Assembly: GCA_945865315.1 (NCBI GenBank)
Contig: CAMBDK010000001.1
Span: 4,378 to 68,377, forward strand
Direction of reading: 5' to 3'
Length of the DNA: 64,000 bases
Origin: Chitinophaga pinensis
GTDB taxonomy: Bacteria; Bacteroidota; Bacteroidia; 2-12-FULL-35-15
Position 1 is the first letter of the stretch. Every line of letters starts with the position of its first letter. Of this stretch, positions 29,086 through 39,950 are shown in pieces. Below the pieces are notes generated by a model that was not told where the DNA came from, did not search any database, and worked only from the letters and a program-made list of their open reading frames with translations. The translations under genes and the position numbers were made by a program.

Positions 29086-30042
29086 TTGTTATTTATGAAC
29101 AATAAAGTTACGCAGCTATTTGATATAAAGTACCCCATTATTCAGGCTGGTATGATATGGTGTAGTGGTTGGAAGTTGGCTTCAGCTGTTAGTAATTCAG
29201 GAGGACTTGGCCTTATAGGCAGCGGCAGTATGTATCCAGAAGTGCTGAAAGAACATATTCAAAAATGTAAAAAAGCTACTAATAAACCGTTTGGAGTTAA
29301 TATTCCATTGCTTTATCCAGATATTGATAAACATATCGAAATTATTATTTCGGAAGGTATTAAAATTGTTTTTGTATCCGCAGGAAATCCTAAAACTTGG
29401 ACTAAGAAATTGAAAGATAATGGAATTATTGTGGTGCATGTAGTTTCTAATGCGAAGTTTGCTAAAAAAGCCGAAGATGCTGGTGTTGATGCTATAGTTG
29501 CAGAAGGCTTTGAAGCGGGAGGACATAATGGGCGCGAAGAAACTACAACACTTTGTTTAATACCTTTGATAAAACAAGCCGTTAATATACCTTTAATAGC
29601 TGCTGGTGGTATTGGTACTGGTTGCGCAATGCATGCTGTTATGGCTTTAGGAGCTGATGGTGTTCAGATAGGTAGCCGATTTGTGGCTTCCAATGAAGCT
29701 TCGGCAAATATAAATTTTAAGAAACTAATAGTTGATTCTATTGAAGGCGATACTAAATTAATGTTAAAGCAGTTAACTCCTGTACGATTATTGAAAAATA
29801 AATTTTTTTATGCTCTACAAGAGGCTGAAAATAAATGTGCTTCAACGGAAGATCTAACGCAATTGCTTGGACGTGGTAGAGCAAAAAAAGGTATGTTCGA
29901 GGGTGATTTGGATGAAGGGGAACTCGAAATTGGTCAAGTAGCAGCATTAATACGTGATATACAGCCAGCATCTTCCATTATCACAGAAATTGTGGCCGAA
30001 TACCAACAATCAATAAAAAAATTAATTAATACGCATTGGTAA
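29086..30042 (+). CDS. NAD(P)H-dependent flavin oxidoreductase, nitronate monooxygenase / FabK-like enoyl-ACP reductase family
   Basis: IIQAGMIWCSGWKLASAVSNSGGLGLIG and GGIGTG motifs of the NMO/FabK TIM-barrel family. Confidence 0.7.
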   Translation: MLFMNNKVTQLFDIKYPIIQAGMIWCSGWKLASAVSNSGGLGLIGSGSMYPEVLKEHIQKCKKATNKPFGVNIPLLYPDIDKHIEIIISEGIKIVFVSAGNPKTWTKKLKDNGIIVVHVVSNAKFAKKAEDAGVDAIVAEGFEAGGHNGREETTTLCLIPLIKQAVNIPLIAAGGIGTGCAMHAVMALGADGVQIGSRFVASNEASANINFKKLIVDSIEGDTKLMLKQLTPVRLLKNKFFYALQEAENKCASTEDLTQLLGRGRAKKGMFEGDLDEGELEIGQVAALIRDIQPASSIITEIVAEYQQSIKKLINTHW

Positions 30043-30132
30043 AAAATCTTAAAACAAGGATAAGCATTTATAAGTTAAATTATTACCATTCCTTTTTATA
30101 ATTTTATTGAGGATGGAAAAACAATATACCAG

Positions 30133-31428
30133 ATGATAAAATTTGATAAATTTCAATTAGAAAATGGCTTAAAGGTAATTGTGCATCAGGATAAATCAAC
30201 TCCTTTGGCATGCATAAATATTTTATATGACGTAGGCTCTCGTGATGAAAACCCAAATCAAACAGGTTTTGCGCACCTTTTTGAACACCTTATGTTTGGC
30301 GGCTCAATTAATATTCCAAATTATGACGAACCACTACAACGCGTAGGGGGAGAAAATAACGCATTTACTACAAATGATATAACCAACTATCATTTAACAC
30401 TTCCTTCAGAAAATATCGAGACCGGTTTTTGGCTTGAATCAGATAGAATGCTGAGTTTAGCATTTTCCGAAAAAAGTTTAGAAGTACAGCGCAATGTAGT
30501 TATTGAAGAGTTTAAACAACGGTATTTAAATCAGCCTTATGGTGATGTATGGCTATTGTTGCGCCCGATGGCTTATAAAGTTCACCCTTATTCTTGGGAT
30601 ACCATTGGCAAAGAAATTTCACATATTGAAAATGCAAACATGGAGGATGTGAAAACATTTTTCAATAATTTTTATAGCCCTAATAATGCCACAATGGTAG
30701 TTGCAGGAAATGTAGAATTCGAAAATATAAAACTATTGTCAGAAAAATGGTTTGGCCCTATAAAAAAAGGACCGGATAACAAGCGGAACCTGGCTCAGGA
30801 GCCCGAACAAAAAGAAGCACGAAGTTTAACTGTTGAAAGAGATGTTCCCGTTGATGCTATCTATAAGGTTTACCACATCTGCTCACGTTACGATAAAGAA
30901 TATTATGCAATCGATTTAATTTCAGATGTATTGTCTCAGGGTAATTCATCCCGCTTGCACAATACGTTAATAAAAGATAAAAAATTATTTAGTGATATTC
31001 ATGCCTATGTAATGAGTGATTTTGATAAAGGATTGTTTGTAATTTCTGGTAAGCTTGCTGATGGTATTAGCATGGAACAAGCTGATAATGCTATAAATGA
31101 GGAACTTCAGAAATTAAAATCTGAGTTTATAACTTTGGATGAGCTAACGAAAGTGAAAAATAAAATGGAAGCATCACATGTTTTTGGTGAGGTTGATGTT
31201 TTGAATAAAGCTACTAACCTTGCTGTTTCTGAGCTATTGGGCGATGCAGGAATGATAAATAAGGAGGTTGAAAAATATCTTTCGGTAACAGCAGAAGAAA
31301 TTAATGAGCAGTCAAATATTATTTTTAAAAACGAAAATTGTTCTACACTATATTATAAATCTAATAAAAAGTCACAAGACTTGGAAAATATAACAATGCA
31401 AGAAGAAACACCCAGTAGCCAAAGTTAA
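30133..31428 (+). CDS. M16 (pitrilysin/insulinase) family zinc peptidase
   Basis: GFAHLFEHLMFGGS (inverted HxxEH zinc motif) plus the downstream E/N region. Confidence 0.7.
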   Translation: MIKFDKFQLENGLKVIVHQDKSTPLACINILYDVGSRDENPNQTGFAHLFEHLMFGGSINIPNYDEPLQRVGGENNAFTTNDITNYHLTLPSENIETGFWLESDRMLSLAFSEKSLEVQRNVVIEEFKQRYLNQPYGDVWLLLRPMAYKVHPYSWDTIGKEISHIENANMEDVKTFFNNFYSPNNATMVVAGNVEFENIKLLSEKWFGPIKKGPDNKRNLAQEPEQKEARSLTVERDVPVDAIYKVYHICSRYDKEYYAIDLISDVLSQGNSSRLHNTLIKDKKLFSDIHAYVMSDFDKGLFVISGKLADGISMEQADNAINEELQKLKSEFITLDELTKVKNKMEASHVFGEVDVLNKATNLAVSELLGDAGMINKEVEKYLSVTAEEINEQSNIIFKNENCSTLYYKSNKKSQDLENITMQEETPSSQS

Positions 31429-31739
31429 AATTAATCATTAAACATAAAATGCAATATTTGTTTAAAAAACAAGGGATGCCGATTTAAAATTTGACTTGTT
31501 TTTCTCAATTTAATATTTTTTTCATTAAAAATTTAAAACACCAGTTCTCTTAATCAATAAGCAACCTTTTCATTTTTTTTGCGTCTAAGAATTAATAAAT
31601 TTATGTACCAGTTAATTTTTAAATTAATTAGGCTAAAAATATTTGTTATAATTATTTTCATAAATTTTCAATTAAAATAGAATTAGTTATTAATTCAATA
31701 ATATTATTTGTATTTTTACAGTAAAGAAATTTTCAAAAC

Positions 31740-32186
31740 ATGAATAAAATGAAATATCTGTTCATTTACATTTTTATTTTTGCTTTTTTTATATTACAAA
31801 AAGCAAACTCTCAAAACAATACCTCCTGGCAACCTATTTATTTACTTGTAACTGGCGGGAATGTTATGGATGGTGTTGAAGCGTCCTTCCAAGTAAATAA
31901 ATGCAATGGAAAGGATATTGTTAATATTAAATTTATTAATCATACTTCCAGCCAATTATCATTAGAATGGTTTGATGCTGTTTTTACAAAAGAACTAAAA
32001 TGGATTAACAAAGATAAAAAGGAGGATAAAAAATACATATCACTTTCTCCAAATGCTGAAATAGTAGGCAATTGTTTAAATGGCAAGTACCCAGAACTTA
32101 CAATTAATATGAAAGATTTTATAGAGGATAAAAACAATTTTAACAGATACTCTTCCTCTCAATTGAAAATTATTAAAGTAAAATAA
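31740..32186 (+). CDS. Small secreted hypothetical protein, translationally coupled to the downstream giant gene
   Basis: 148 aa with signal peptide MNKMKYLFIYIFIFAFFILQKANSQ. Its stop TAA 32184-32186 overlaps the ATG 32186-32188 (TAATG). Confidence 0.4.
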   Translation: MNKMKYLFIYIFIFAFFILQKANSQNNTSWQPIYLLVTGGNVMDGVEASFQVNKCNGKDIVNIKFINHTSSQLSLEWFDAVFTKELKWINKDKKEDKKYISLSPNAEIVGNCLNGKYPELTINMKDFIEDKNNFNRYSSSQLKIIKVK

Positions 32187-35100
32187 TGATAAAATTAATA
32201 GAATTGAAAAAAATAATTTCCATATACCTTTTATTTCTAATAATATCCGTCCCTTCGGTATTTTCACAAACCGTTAATGTAACTATTATTTATAATGGAG
32301 CGCAATCACAGGGGTGTTGTAATGTTTGCGGTGTTGATTATTGGTGTATAAATAATACAGGAGGTTGCGGTACCACAGCCGCTTGCGATAACAGAACTTT
32401 TTCCGACCCTGTACCTGCCGGTAATATTATTACTGGGATTTCAGTAAATTATTTTGGAGCGGGTTGTGATGCACAATCTGAGCCTACCTTTATTAATGGC
32501 GTTTTTATAGGGGCTGCTCCCAGTGACGGGGCTTGCAGTTGTTATAACCCACCGACTTGCTCTTCATATCCTACAAGCAATACATTCCCTTGTCCAACAG
32601 GATTGCCTAGCTATAATTATGGTGGAAACAATGTTTTTCAATGTTGCCCTACCGATGCATTTTGTCCTCAAAGGGCAATAATTACTATTACCTATACCCC
32701 TGTATCGATAACGCCAACAGCTGCAACAGCTAGTCCCAATCCATCTTGTGGAGGAGCCATTACGCTTTCAAAAGTAGGGGGGGCATTAGGGGTAGGTGCT
32801 GTTTGGAAATGGTATTCTGGCTCCTGTGGTGGAACTCTTGTTGGTACAGGAGCTACTATTACGGTAACACCAACTGCCACTACCACATATTTTATTCGTG
32901 CAGAAGGTTCTGGCTGCGGCACTAGTGGATGTGCTCAAGTAACTGTTACAGTTAATAGTCTATCAGTTGACCCTACAGCTGCAACAGCAAGTCCTAGCAC
33001 TACCTGTGGAGGCGCTACTACACTTAATGTTACAGGAGGGTCTTTAGGTTCGGGAGCTTCATGGAAATGGTATTCATCATCATGTGGTGGAGCAGCCGAA
33101 GGAACAGGTGCATCTATTACCGTAAATCCTACTGCTACAACCACTTATTTCGTTAGAGCGGAAGGGCCCTGCAATAATACCAGTTGCGTTCAGGTGCTTG
33201 TTACCGTTAATCCTGTTCCATTTGCTATCGCAACACCTGCTGCTCAAACATTTTGCTCTGGAAATACTACGTCCATTAGTTTAACTAGCCTTACCCCAGG
33301 TACAACTTTTGCATGGACTGTTGTTCAAACTGGAGTTTCCGGAGCTACAAATAACTCAGGAACCTTAATTGCTGAAACATTAACTTCATTAAGCGGGGTG
33401 CAAGGTACAGCAGTTTATACAATTACACCAACAGCAAATTCCTGTGCTGGTAATCCTATAACTGTAACAATTACAGTAGATCCGGTACCAGTAATAACAG
33501 CAACACCTTTAAACCAAACAATATGTGCTGGTACAATTTTACCGACTTTTTTAACAAGTAATGTTTCTGGTTTAGTGTTTACATGGACTGTTGTTGAAAC
33601 AGGTGTTTCAGGAGGAACAAATTCTTCAGGAACAACTATTTCTGATTCATTGATTGCAACAGGAGGAGTTGCAGGTACCGCAGTTTATACAATTTCTACA
33701 ACTTCTAGTGGCTGTCCTGCCGCCTCTATTACTAATACCATTACCTTATTACCTGACCCAGGAACTTCAGCTACTGCAAGCCCTGCAATATCTACAATTT
33801 GCTCTGGAACATCTACTGCAATAACCTTATCTAGTGTTGCTATTGGTACTGTTTTTACCTGGACAGTATCAGAAGTAGGCGTAACTGGAGGTTCGGGTGG
33901 TACAGGTGCTACTATTTCTCAATTGTTAAATTGTGGATTAATACCAGGAACTGCAACTTATTCTGTAGCTTCTGATGCGAATGGCTGCATTGGAAATCCT
34001 ATTAATGTTGTAGTTACAGTTAATCCAACACCTATAGGAACAGCAACTCCATTAACAGAAACATTTTGTTCAGGCGACAGCACCTCTATTGTATTAACAA
34101 GCAATAATTCGGCAACTACATTTTCATGGACAGTTTTTCAATCAGGGGGAGTTACAGGAGCAACTTTTGGGACAGACACCATTATTCAACAAACCTTAAC
34201 AAATTCAGGAACAGCATCAGGTACAGCTGTTTATACCATTATACCAATTATAAATGCCTGTGCGGGTGCTCCTTTAATTGCAACCATTACTGTGAATCCC
34301 CTGGATGGCGCATCTTTTGTTTATTCATCCGCCACTTATTGTCAATCGGGCATTAATCCAACTCCTGTAATAACAGGTTTGTCGGGCGGAACATTTTCTA
34401 CTAATACACCGGGTTTATCTGTTGACCCATCAACAGGTACAATTACATTGGCCACAAGTGTTGTGGGGGCCTATAATCTGTGTTATTCAACTACAGGGAT
34501 TTGTCCCGATTCAAGTTGTATCCTAATGACAATTGAAAACTCTACACCATTTGCAGATTTCTCCTACTCAGGTTCTCCTTTTTGTCAAAATGGACTTAAT
34601 CCATTTCCTGTTTTTGTTCCTGGAGCCAGTGCTGGTGCTTTTTCCGCATCTCCAATTGGTTTGCAATTCATTAGTATCAATACCGGTGAAATTGACCTGG
34701 CAAATACTGTTCCAGGGTCTTATATCATAACAAATTTTATCCCCCAAAGCGGTTTTTGTGATCCTGTAACGGCTACTAGTGCAGTTGTTATTATTTCTTC
34801 AGATGATGCATCCTTCGTATATACTTCAGCAACTTATTGTACTACAGGAAGTCCACAAACACCCGTAGTTACTGGCTTATCAGGAGGTGTTTTCAGTTCT
34901 TCTCCTACAGGCTTGTCGTTAAACCCTTCAACAGGTACTATTACTTTATCAGCTAGCGCCTATGGTTCATACACACTTGTATATTCTACAAATGGTGTTT
35001 GTCCGAGCGCAGATTCAATTACCATGACAATTGATACCATTACTCCTTCTGCAACTTTTTCATACATCGGCTCGCCATTCTGTCAAAATGCGATTGATCC

Positions 35101-37351
35101 ATTTCCATTTTTTAGCCCCAATGCTAGTGCAGGAATATTTTCTGCCACCCCTTCTGGACTATCCTTTGCAAATGTTAATACAGGAGAAATTGATTTACTT
35201 AATTCAACACCAGGAAGTTATATAGTAACTAATACAATACCTGCAAGCGGCATTTGCTTGCCTATTAGCGATACCTATGCAGTTATCATAAGTGCTTCTG
35301 ATGATGCATCGTTTACCTATCCGTCAGCTACGTATTGCACCACTGGTCCTCCACAAACACCTTCTATTACAGGTTTGCTTGGTGGAGTCTTTTCCTCTCT
35401 GCCTCCTGGTTTATCAATTAACGCTTCAACTGGATTAATTAATTTAGCAAACAGCGCTCTTGGTATTTATACCCTTACCTATTCAACAAATAGTTCTTGT
35501 CCTAATTCTAGTTTTATTATTATGACAATAGCTGACAGCACACCTTTTGCGAACTTTTCTTATTCCGCCACAACTTTTTGTCAGAATGCAGCAAACCAAA
35601 ATCCAACATTTACGCCAGGTTCTAGTGCAGGAACATTTTCAGCAACACCTGCCGGTTTAGTTATAGTAAATGCCAATACAGGGGAAATAGATATAGAAAA
35701 TAGTATACCAGGAACCTATCTTATTACCAATACGATTCCACAAAGTGGAATATGCCTATCCGTTAATGCAAATACAACCCTTATGATTATAGAGGCAGAC
35801 GACGCTTCTTTTTCATACTCATCTGCCACCTATTGCACTACAGGAACACCTCAAGTGCCATCTATTACAGGTTTGCAAGGGGGCACCTTTTCTTCTTTGC
35901 CTAGCGGTTTATCACTTGATCCAGCAACTGGAACCATTACTTTATCTACTAGTATTATTGGAGCTTATACGCTTACTTATACAACATTTGGCAATTGCCC
36001 AAATTCAAGTTCAATTACAATGACAATTAATGATACCGTTTCCTCTGCTACCTTTAGTTATGTAGGCTCCCCATACTGTCAATCCTCTGGGACTAACATA
36101 TTTCCTACCTTTGGAATAGGCGCAAGTGCTGGAGTTTTTTCCGCAAGTCCTTCAGGGTTGATAATTACCCATGTAAATACAGGAGAAATTGATCTGTCGG
36201 AGAGCGCACCAGGGACATACAATGTCACAAATACCATACCTGTTAGTGGTTCCTGCCTTTTTGTAAATGCCTCCTTTGTTATAACAATTATTGGAGCTCC
36301 TGTAGTTACAGCAATACCTAATGCACTTGCTTTTTGTGAGGCAGGTATCGCTGCCGTTTCCATAGCTTTATCAAGTTCTGTTTCACCAACTACATTTGTT
36401 TGGACAGTTTCGCAATCTGGGCTTACAGGAGCTTCTCCAGGAACAGGAGCTGTTATAAATCAAACATTAACAAACCAAGGAACAGGATCAGCTACAGCTG
36501 TTTATACTATTACACCAAACGCAAATGGCTGCAGTGGCGATCCTATAAATATAACTATTATTGTTAGTCCAACAGTTTTTGATAGTACAGCAATGGTAAT
36601 AACACCAGGCAACTGTGGAATAACATTAGGTTCCATCGCTGGAATAACCGTTAGCTCAGGTCAATCACCATTTACATATCAATGGAAAGATTCCATAAAT
36701 GTTATAGTACCAGGTGCGGGCACTGCAAATTTGAATAATGTAGAACCCGGGAACTATTCCTTAATAATTACGGATGCTAATGGTTGCTCAGTTACTTGTG
36801 GTCCAATAATGGTTAATAATAATCCTCCTGTTATAGCGGCATTTACTGCAAATCCATTAACAGGTGAAACGCCACTAACAGTTGATTTTACAAATAATAG
36901 TTTAGGTGCTTCAACTTATATTTGGCAATTTGGTACAGGAGATTCATCAACAGTTGCAAATCCAACTTATGTATATATTCCATTAGGGAAATTTACAGTA
37001 TGTTTAACAGCAATAAGTGCTTTTAATTGTATTGACACTGCTTGTTCTATAATAGAAGTTAATATAAATTCAATATTCATAATTCCCAATGTTTTTACAC
37101 CCAATGGTGATGAAGTAAATGATATGTTTACTATTAAAGGAAGAGGGATAAAAACTATGAACGCAGAAATATATACCCGATGGGGACAAAAAATTTATGA
37201 ATGGCATACACCCTATGGTGGATGGGATGGGCATATGGCTAGTGGGGAATTAGCTAGCGAAGGCACTTATTATTTTATCATTTCAGCATCAGGAATTGAT
37301 GGGGAAAAATATTTTGAAAAAGGGTTTTTTAACTTAATTCAAAGTAAATAG
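32186..37351 (+). CDS. Very large repeat-rich T9SS (type-B C-terminal domain) surface protein
   Basis: 1721 aa. Signal peptide. N-terminal Cys-rich segment. At least two CGG..(W/Y)KWYSGSCGG.. repeats. At least five PKD/Ig-like TFxWTV..TGVSG..TAVYTITP repeats. At least four ~160-aa repeats (DDASFxYxSATYC..TGL(S/Q)GGxFS..STPFAxFSYSGSPFCQN..SAGxFSA.P.GL..N.NTGEIDL). C-terminus FIIPNVFTPNGDEVNDMF..IYTRWGQKIYEW..GWDG is the type-B T9SS domain. Confidence 0.7.
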   Translation: MIKLIELKKIISIYLLFLIISVPSVFSQTVNVTIIYNGAQSQGCCNVCGVDYWCINNTGGCGTTAACDNRTFSDPVPAGNIITGISVNYFGAGCDAQSEPTFINGVFIGAAPSDGACSCYNPPTCSSYPTSNTFPCPTGLPSYNYGGNNVFQCCPTDAFCPQRAIITITYTPVSITPTAATASPNPSCGGAITLSKVGGALGVGAVWKWYSGSCGGTLVGTGATITVTPTATTTYFIRAEGSGCGTSGCAQVTVTVNSLSVDPTAATASPSTTCGGATTLNVTGGSLGSGASWKWYSSSCGGAAEGTGASITVNPTATTTYFVRAEGPCNNTSCVQVLVTVNPVPFAIATPAAQTFCSGNTTSISLTSLTPGTTFAWTVVQTGVSGATNNSGTLIAETLTSLSGVQGTAVYTITPTANSCAGNPITVTITVDPVPVITATPLNQTICAGTILPTFLTSNVSGLVFTWTVVETGVSGGTNSSGTTISDSLIATGGVAGTAVYTISTTSSGCPAASITNTITLLPDPGTSATASPAISTICSGTSTAITLSSVAIGTVFTWTVSEVGVTGGSGGTGATISQLLNCGLIPGTATYSVASDANGCIGNPINVVVTVNPTPIGTATPLTETFCSGDSTSIVLTSNNSATTFSWTVFQSGGVTGATFGTDTIIQQTLTNSGTASGTAVYTIIPIINACAGAPLIATITVNPLDGASFVYSSATYCQSGINPTPVITGLSGGTFSTNTPGLSVDPSTGTITLATSVVGAYNLCYSTTGICPDSSCILMTIENSTPFADFSYSGSPFCQNGLNPFPVFVPGASAGAFSASPIGLQFISINTGEIDLANTVPGSYIITNFIPQSGFCDPVTATSAVVIISSDDASFVYTSATYCTTGSPQTPVVTGLSGGVFSSSPTGLSLNPSTGTITLSASAYGSYTLVYSTNGVCPSADSITMTIDTITPSATFSYIGSPFCQNAIDPFPFFSPNASAGIFSATPSGLSFANVNTGEIDLLNSTPGSYIVTNTIPASGICLPISDTYAVIISASDDASFTYPSATYCTTGPPQTPSITGLLGGVFSSLPPGLSINASTGLINLANSALGIYTLTYSTNSSCPNSSFIIMTIADSTPFANFSYSATTFCQNAANQNPTFTPGSSAGTFSATPAGLVIVNANTGEIDIENSIPGTYLITNTIPQSGICLSVNANTTLMIIEADDASFSYSSATYCTTGTPQVPSITGLQGGTFSSLPSGLSLDPATGTITLSTSIIGAYTLTYTTFGNCPNSSSITMTINDTVSSATFSYVGSPYCQSSGTNIFPTFGIGASAGVFSASPSGLIITHVNTGEIDLSESAPGTYNVTNTIPVSGSCLFVNASFVITIIGAPVVTAIPNALAFCEAGIAAVSIALSSSVSPTTFVWTVSQSGLTGASPGTGAVINQTLTNQGTGSATAVYTITPNANGCSGDPINITIIVSPTVFDSTAMVITPGNCGITLGSIAGITVSSGQSPFTYQWKDSINVIVPGAGTANLNNVEPGNYSLIITDANGCSVTCGPIMVNNNPPVIAAFTANPLTGETPLTVDFTNNSLGASTYIWQFGTGDSSTVANPTYVYIPLGKFTVCLTAISAFNCIDTACSIIEVNINSIFIIPNVFTPNGDEVNDMFTIKGRGIKTMNAEIYTRWGQKIYEWHTPYGGWDGHMASGELASEGTYYFIISASGIDGEKYFEKGFFNLIQSK

Positions 37352-37377
37352 AGAACAATCCTGTTCAATTTAAGAAA

Positions 37378-39861
37378 ATGAATCATAGCATTCAATCAAT
37401 TTCGGATGTAATTAATGCAAGCATTAGTGGCAACGGCAATAGGGATTCTAAAATAAAAAGTTTACTAATTGACAGTCGCAAACTGAGTAATCCAGATACT
37501 TCATTGTTTTTTGCTATAACCGGAGAACGCCATGATGGACACAGTTATCTGTTAGATTTATATAAATTGGGTGTTCGTCATTTTGTAGTTTCTATACTTC
37601 CAACAAATATTAATTATTTTGAAAATTCAATTTTTTTCTTAGTAAAGGATACTTTACGCGCCTTGCAAGATTTAAGTGCCTTCCATCGTTTACAGTTTAA
37701 TATTCCAATCATAGGTATTACAGGTAGCAATGGGAAAACTGTTGTAAAAGAGTGGCTTTTTCAATTAATGCGGGAAGAAAAAAACATTGTACGAAGCCCT
37801 AAAAGTTTTAATTCACAAGTTGGTGTTCCCCTTTCTGTTTGGCAAATAGCTGAAGAAAACAATTTAGGTGTTTTTGAAGCAGGCATTTCAAAAGCACAAG
37901 AAATGAATTATCTTGAGCATATCATTAAGCCAACAATTGGCCTTATAACTAACATTGGGCAAGCGCATGATGAAAACTTTGAAAGTCAAGAAAAAAAAGT
38001 TAATGAGAAGCTGAAATTATTTATTAATTCAGAAGTTTTAATCTATTGCAAGGATTATTTGAAAGTGCAAAATGAAATAACATCTAACAAAGCCCTTTTA
38101 AAATTAAAAGTATTTTCCTGGTCGCGAAAATATAGAGCAGATTTAATAATTGGCCGTATTAATAAAAGTATTGTAGATACAGAGATTCAAGGTATTTACA
38201 AAAATGATTTCATACATGTTTCTATCCCTTTTACAGATGAGGCAAGCATAGAAAATGCTATACACTGTTGGGCAACCTTGCTTTACTTAGGTTACGAAAA
38301 CTCTTTGATAGCATTACGCATGAGATATTTGAGCCCAATAGCCATGAGGTTAGAGTTAAAAGAAGGAATTAATAATTGCTCTGTTATAAATGATAGTTAT
38401 AACTCAGATTTAGGTTCTTTGTCCATCGCTCTCGATTTTTTAAACCAGCAAAAGCAACACCCCAAAAAAACATTAATACTCTCCGATATATTGCAAAGTG
38501 GCCGTAATGAGGAGGCGCTTTATAAAGAGGTAGCGGAGTTAATACATAAAAAAGGGGTGTCGCGTTTAATAGGAATAGGTAAAGGGATTTCCAGTCAAAT
38601 GAATCAATTTGATATAGAAAAATATTTTTACAAATCGACTGAAGATTTTTTGGGAGAGTTCAACAACTCACTTTTTCGTGATGAAACTATTTTATTGAAA
38701 GGGGCTAGAGCCTTTGGATTTGAAGCCATTAGTAAAATAATTCAGCAAAAAGCACATGAAACTATTTTAGAAATTAATTTAAATGCCATTGTCCATAATC
38801 TAAATTATTTTCGTTCAAAATTAAATGCCAATACTAAGATTATGGCAATGGTAAAAGCCTTTTCTTATGGTAGTGGAAGTTTTGAAATTGCTAATATTTT
38901 ACAATTTCATCGTATCAATTATTTAGCTGTTGCATATGCTGATGAAGGAATTGAATTGCGTAAAGCAGGTATTACCATGCCTATAATGGTTATGAATCCT
39001 GAAGAACAAAGTTATAATTCAATGATTCAATATAATTTAGAGCCAGAAATATATAGTTTTCGTGTATTAAGTTTATTCGAAGAAACACTAAAACGAAGCG
39101 AGCATAATAATATAGAACCTATTCCAATACATATAAAGCTAGATACTGGAATGCACCGTTTAGGATTTGACGAGTCTGAAATAAATGAGTTAATTGTACG
39201 TATTAAAAACAATAAAAATCTTGTCATCAGTTCTGTTTTTTCACATTTAGTGGCAAGTGATGAAGCAGAGCATGACGATTTTACGCGACTACAAATAAAT
39301 AAACTAAATGAGATAAGTCAAAAAATAAAAACTCATTTTGCCTACCCAATTATGAAACATATTCTAAACTCAGCGGGTATTAGTCGTTTTTCTGATGCAC
39401 AATTCGACATGGTAAGGCTGGGAATTGGATTATATGGCATAGGAACAAGCCCATTGGAACAATCGCAGTTACAAAATGTAAGTACATTAAAAACAAGTAT
39501 CTCGCAGATAAAAAATGTTCCTGCTAATGAAACAATAGGTTATAGCAGAAAGGGCCTCGCTACTCGCGATATGCAAATTGCCACTATTCCCATAGGTTAT
39601 GCTGATGGGTTAAGCCGAAAACTAAGTAATGGGAAAGGCAAAATGATGGTTAAAGGCAAGTATGCTCCGGTGATTGGTAACGTATGTATGGATATGTGTA
39701 TGATTGACATTACCGATATAAATGCAAATGAAAATGATGAGGTAATAGTTTTTGGGGAGGCTTATCCTATTGCCGAAATAGCTAAGGATGTCGGAACAAT
39801 ACCTTATGAAATATTGACCAGTATCTCGCGAAGAGTAAAAAGATTATATTTTCAGGAATAG
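37378..39861 (+). CDS. murF-alr: Bifunctional UDP-N-acetylmuramoyl-tripeptide--D-alanyl-D-alanine ligase / alanine racemase (MurF-Alr fusion)
   Basis: N-terminal half GITGSNGKTVVKEW plus Mur ligase domains. C-terminal half AMVKAFSYGSGS (PLP-lysine motif of alanine racemase) and ..GNVCMDMCMIDIT.. This fusion is typical of Bacteroidota. Confidence 0.8.
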   Translation: MNHSIQSISDVINASISGNGNRDSKIKSLLIDSRKLSNPDTSLFFAITGERHDGHSYLLDLYKLGVRHFVVSILPTNINYFENSIFFLVKDTLRALQDLSAFHRLQFNIPIIGITGSNGKTVVKEWLFQLMREEKNIVRSPKSFNSQVGVPLSVWQIAEENNLGVFEAGISKAQEMNYLEHIIKPTIGLITNIGQAHDENFESQEKKVNEKLKLFINSEVLIYCKDYLKVQNEITSNKALLKLKVFSWSRKYRADLIIGRINKSIVDTEIQGIYKNDFIHVSIPFTDEASIENAIHCWATLLYLGYENSLIALRMRYLSPIAMRLELKEGINNCSVINDSYNSDLGSLSIALDFLNQQKQHPKKTLILSDILQSGRNEEALYKEVAELIHKKGVSRLIGIGKGISSQMNQFDIEKYFYKSTEDFLGEFNNSLFRDETILLKGARAFGFEAISKIIQQKAHETILEINLNAIVHNLNYFRSKLNANTKIMAMVKAFSYGSGSFEIANILQFHRINYLAVAYADEGIELRKAGITMPIMVMNPEEQSYNSMIQYNLEPEIYSFRVLSLFEETLKRSEHNNIEPIPIHIKLDTGMHRLGFDESEINELIVRIKNNKNLVISSVFSHLVASDEAEHDDFTRLQINKLNEISQKIKTHFAYPIMKHILNSAGISRFSDAQFDMVRLGIGLYGIGTSPLEQSQLQNVSTLKTSISQIKNVPANETIGYSRKGLATRDMQIATIPIGYADGLSRKLSNGKGKMMVKGKYAPVIGNVCMDMCMIDITDINANENDEVIVFGEAYPIAEIAKDVGTIPYEILTSISRRVKRLYFQE

Positions 39862-39950
39862 ATTTGGTCGCTTAAAATCTTCCAGCTGTTTTTGGTAAGA
39901 TTATATTAATAAAATATTTTAATTATTTTTTATTAATATAATTTGTATTT

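Noticed and set aside
32692-33144. Minus-strand ORFs 32692..32922 and 32935..33144 rich in Pro/Ala/Val
   Set aside because: They are antisense shadows of the Thr/Gly/Ala-rich repeats of the giant plus-strand gene. This is typical of a codon-complement artefact.
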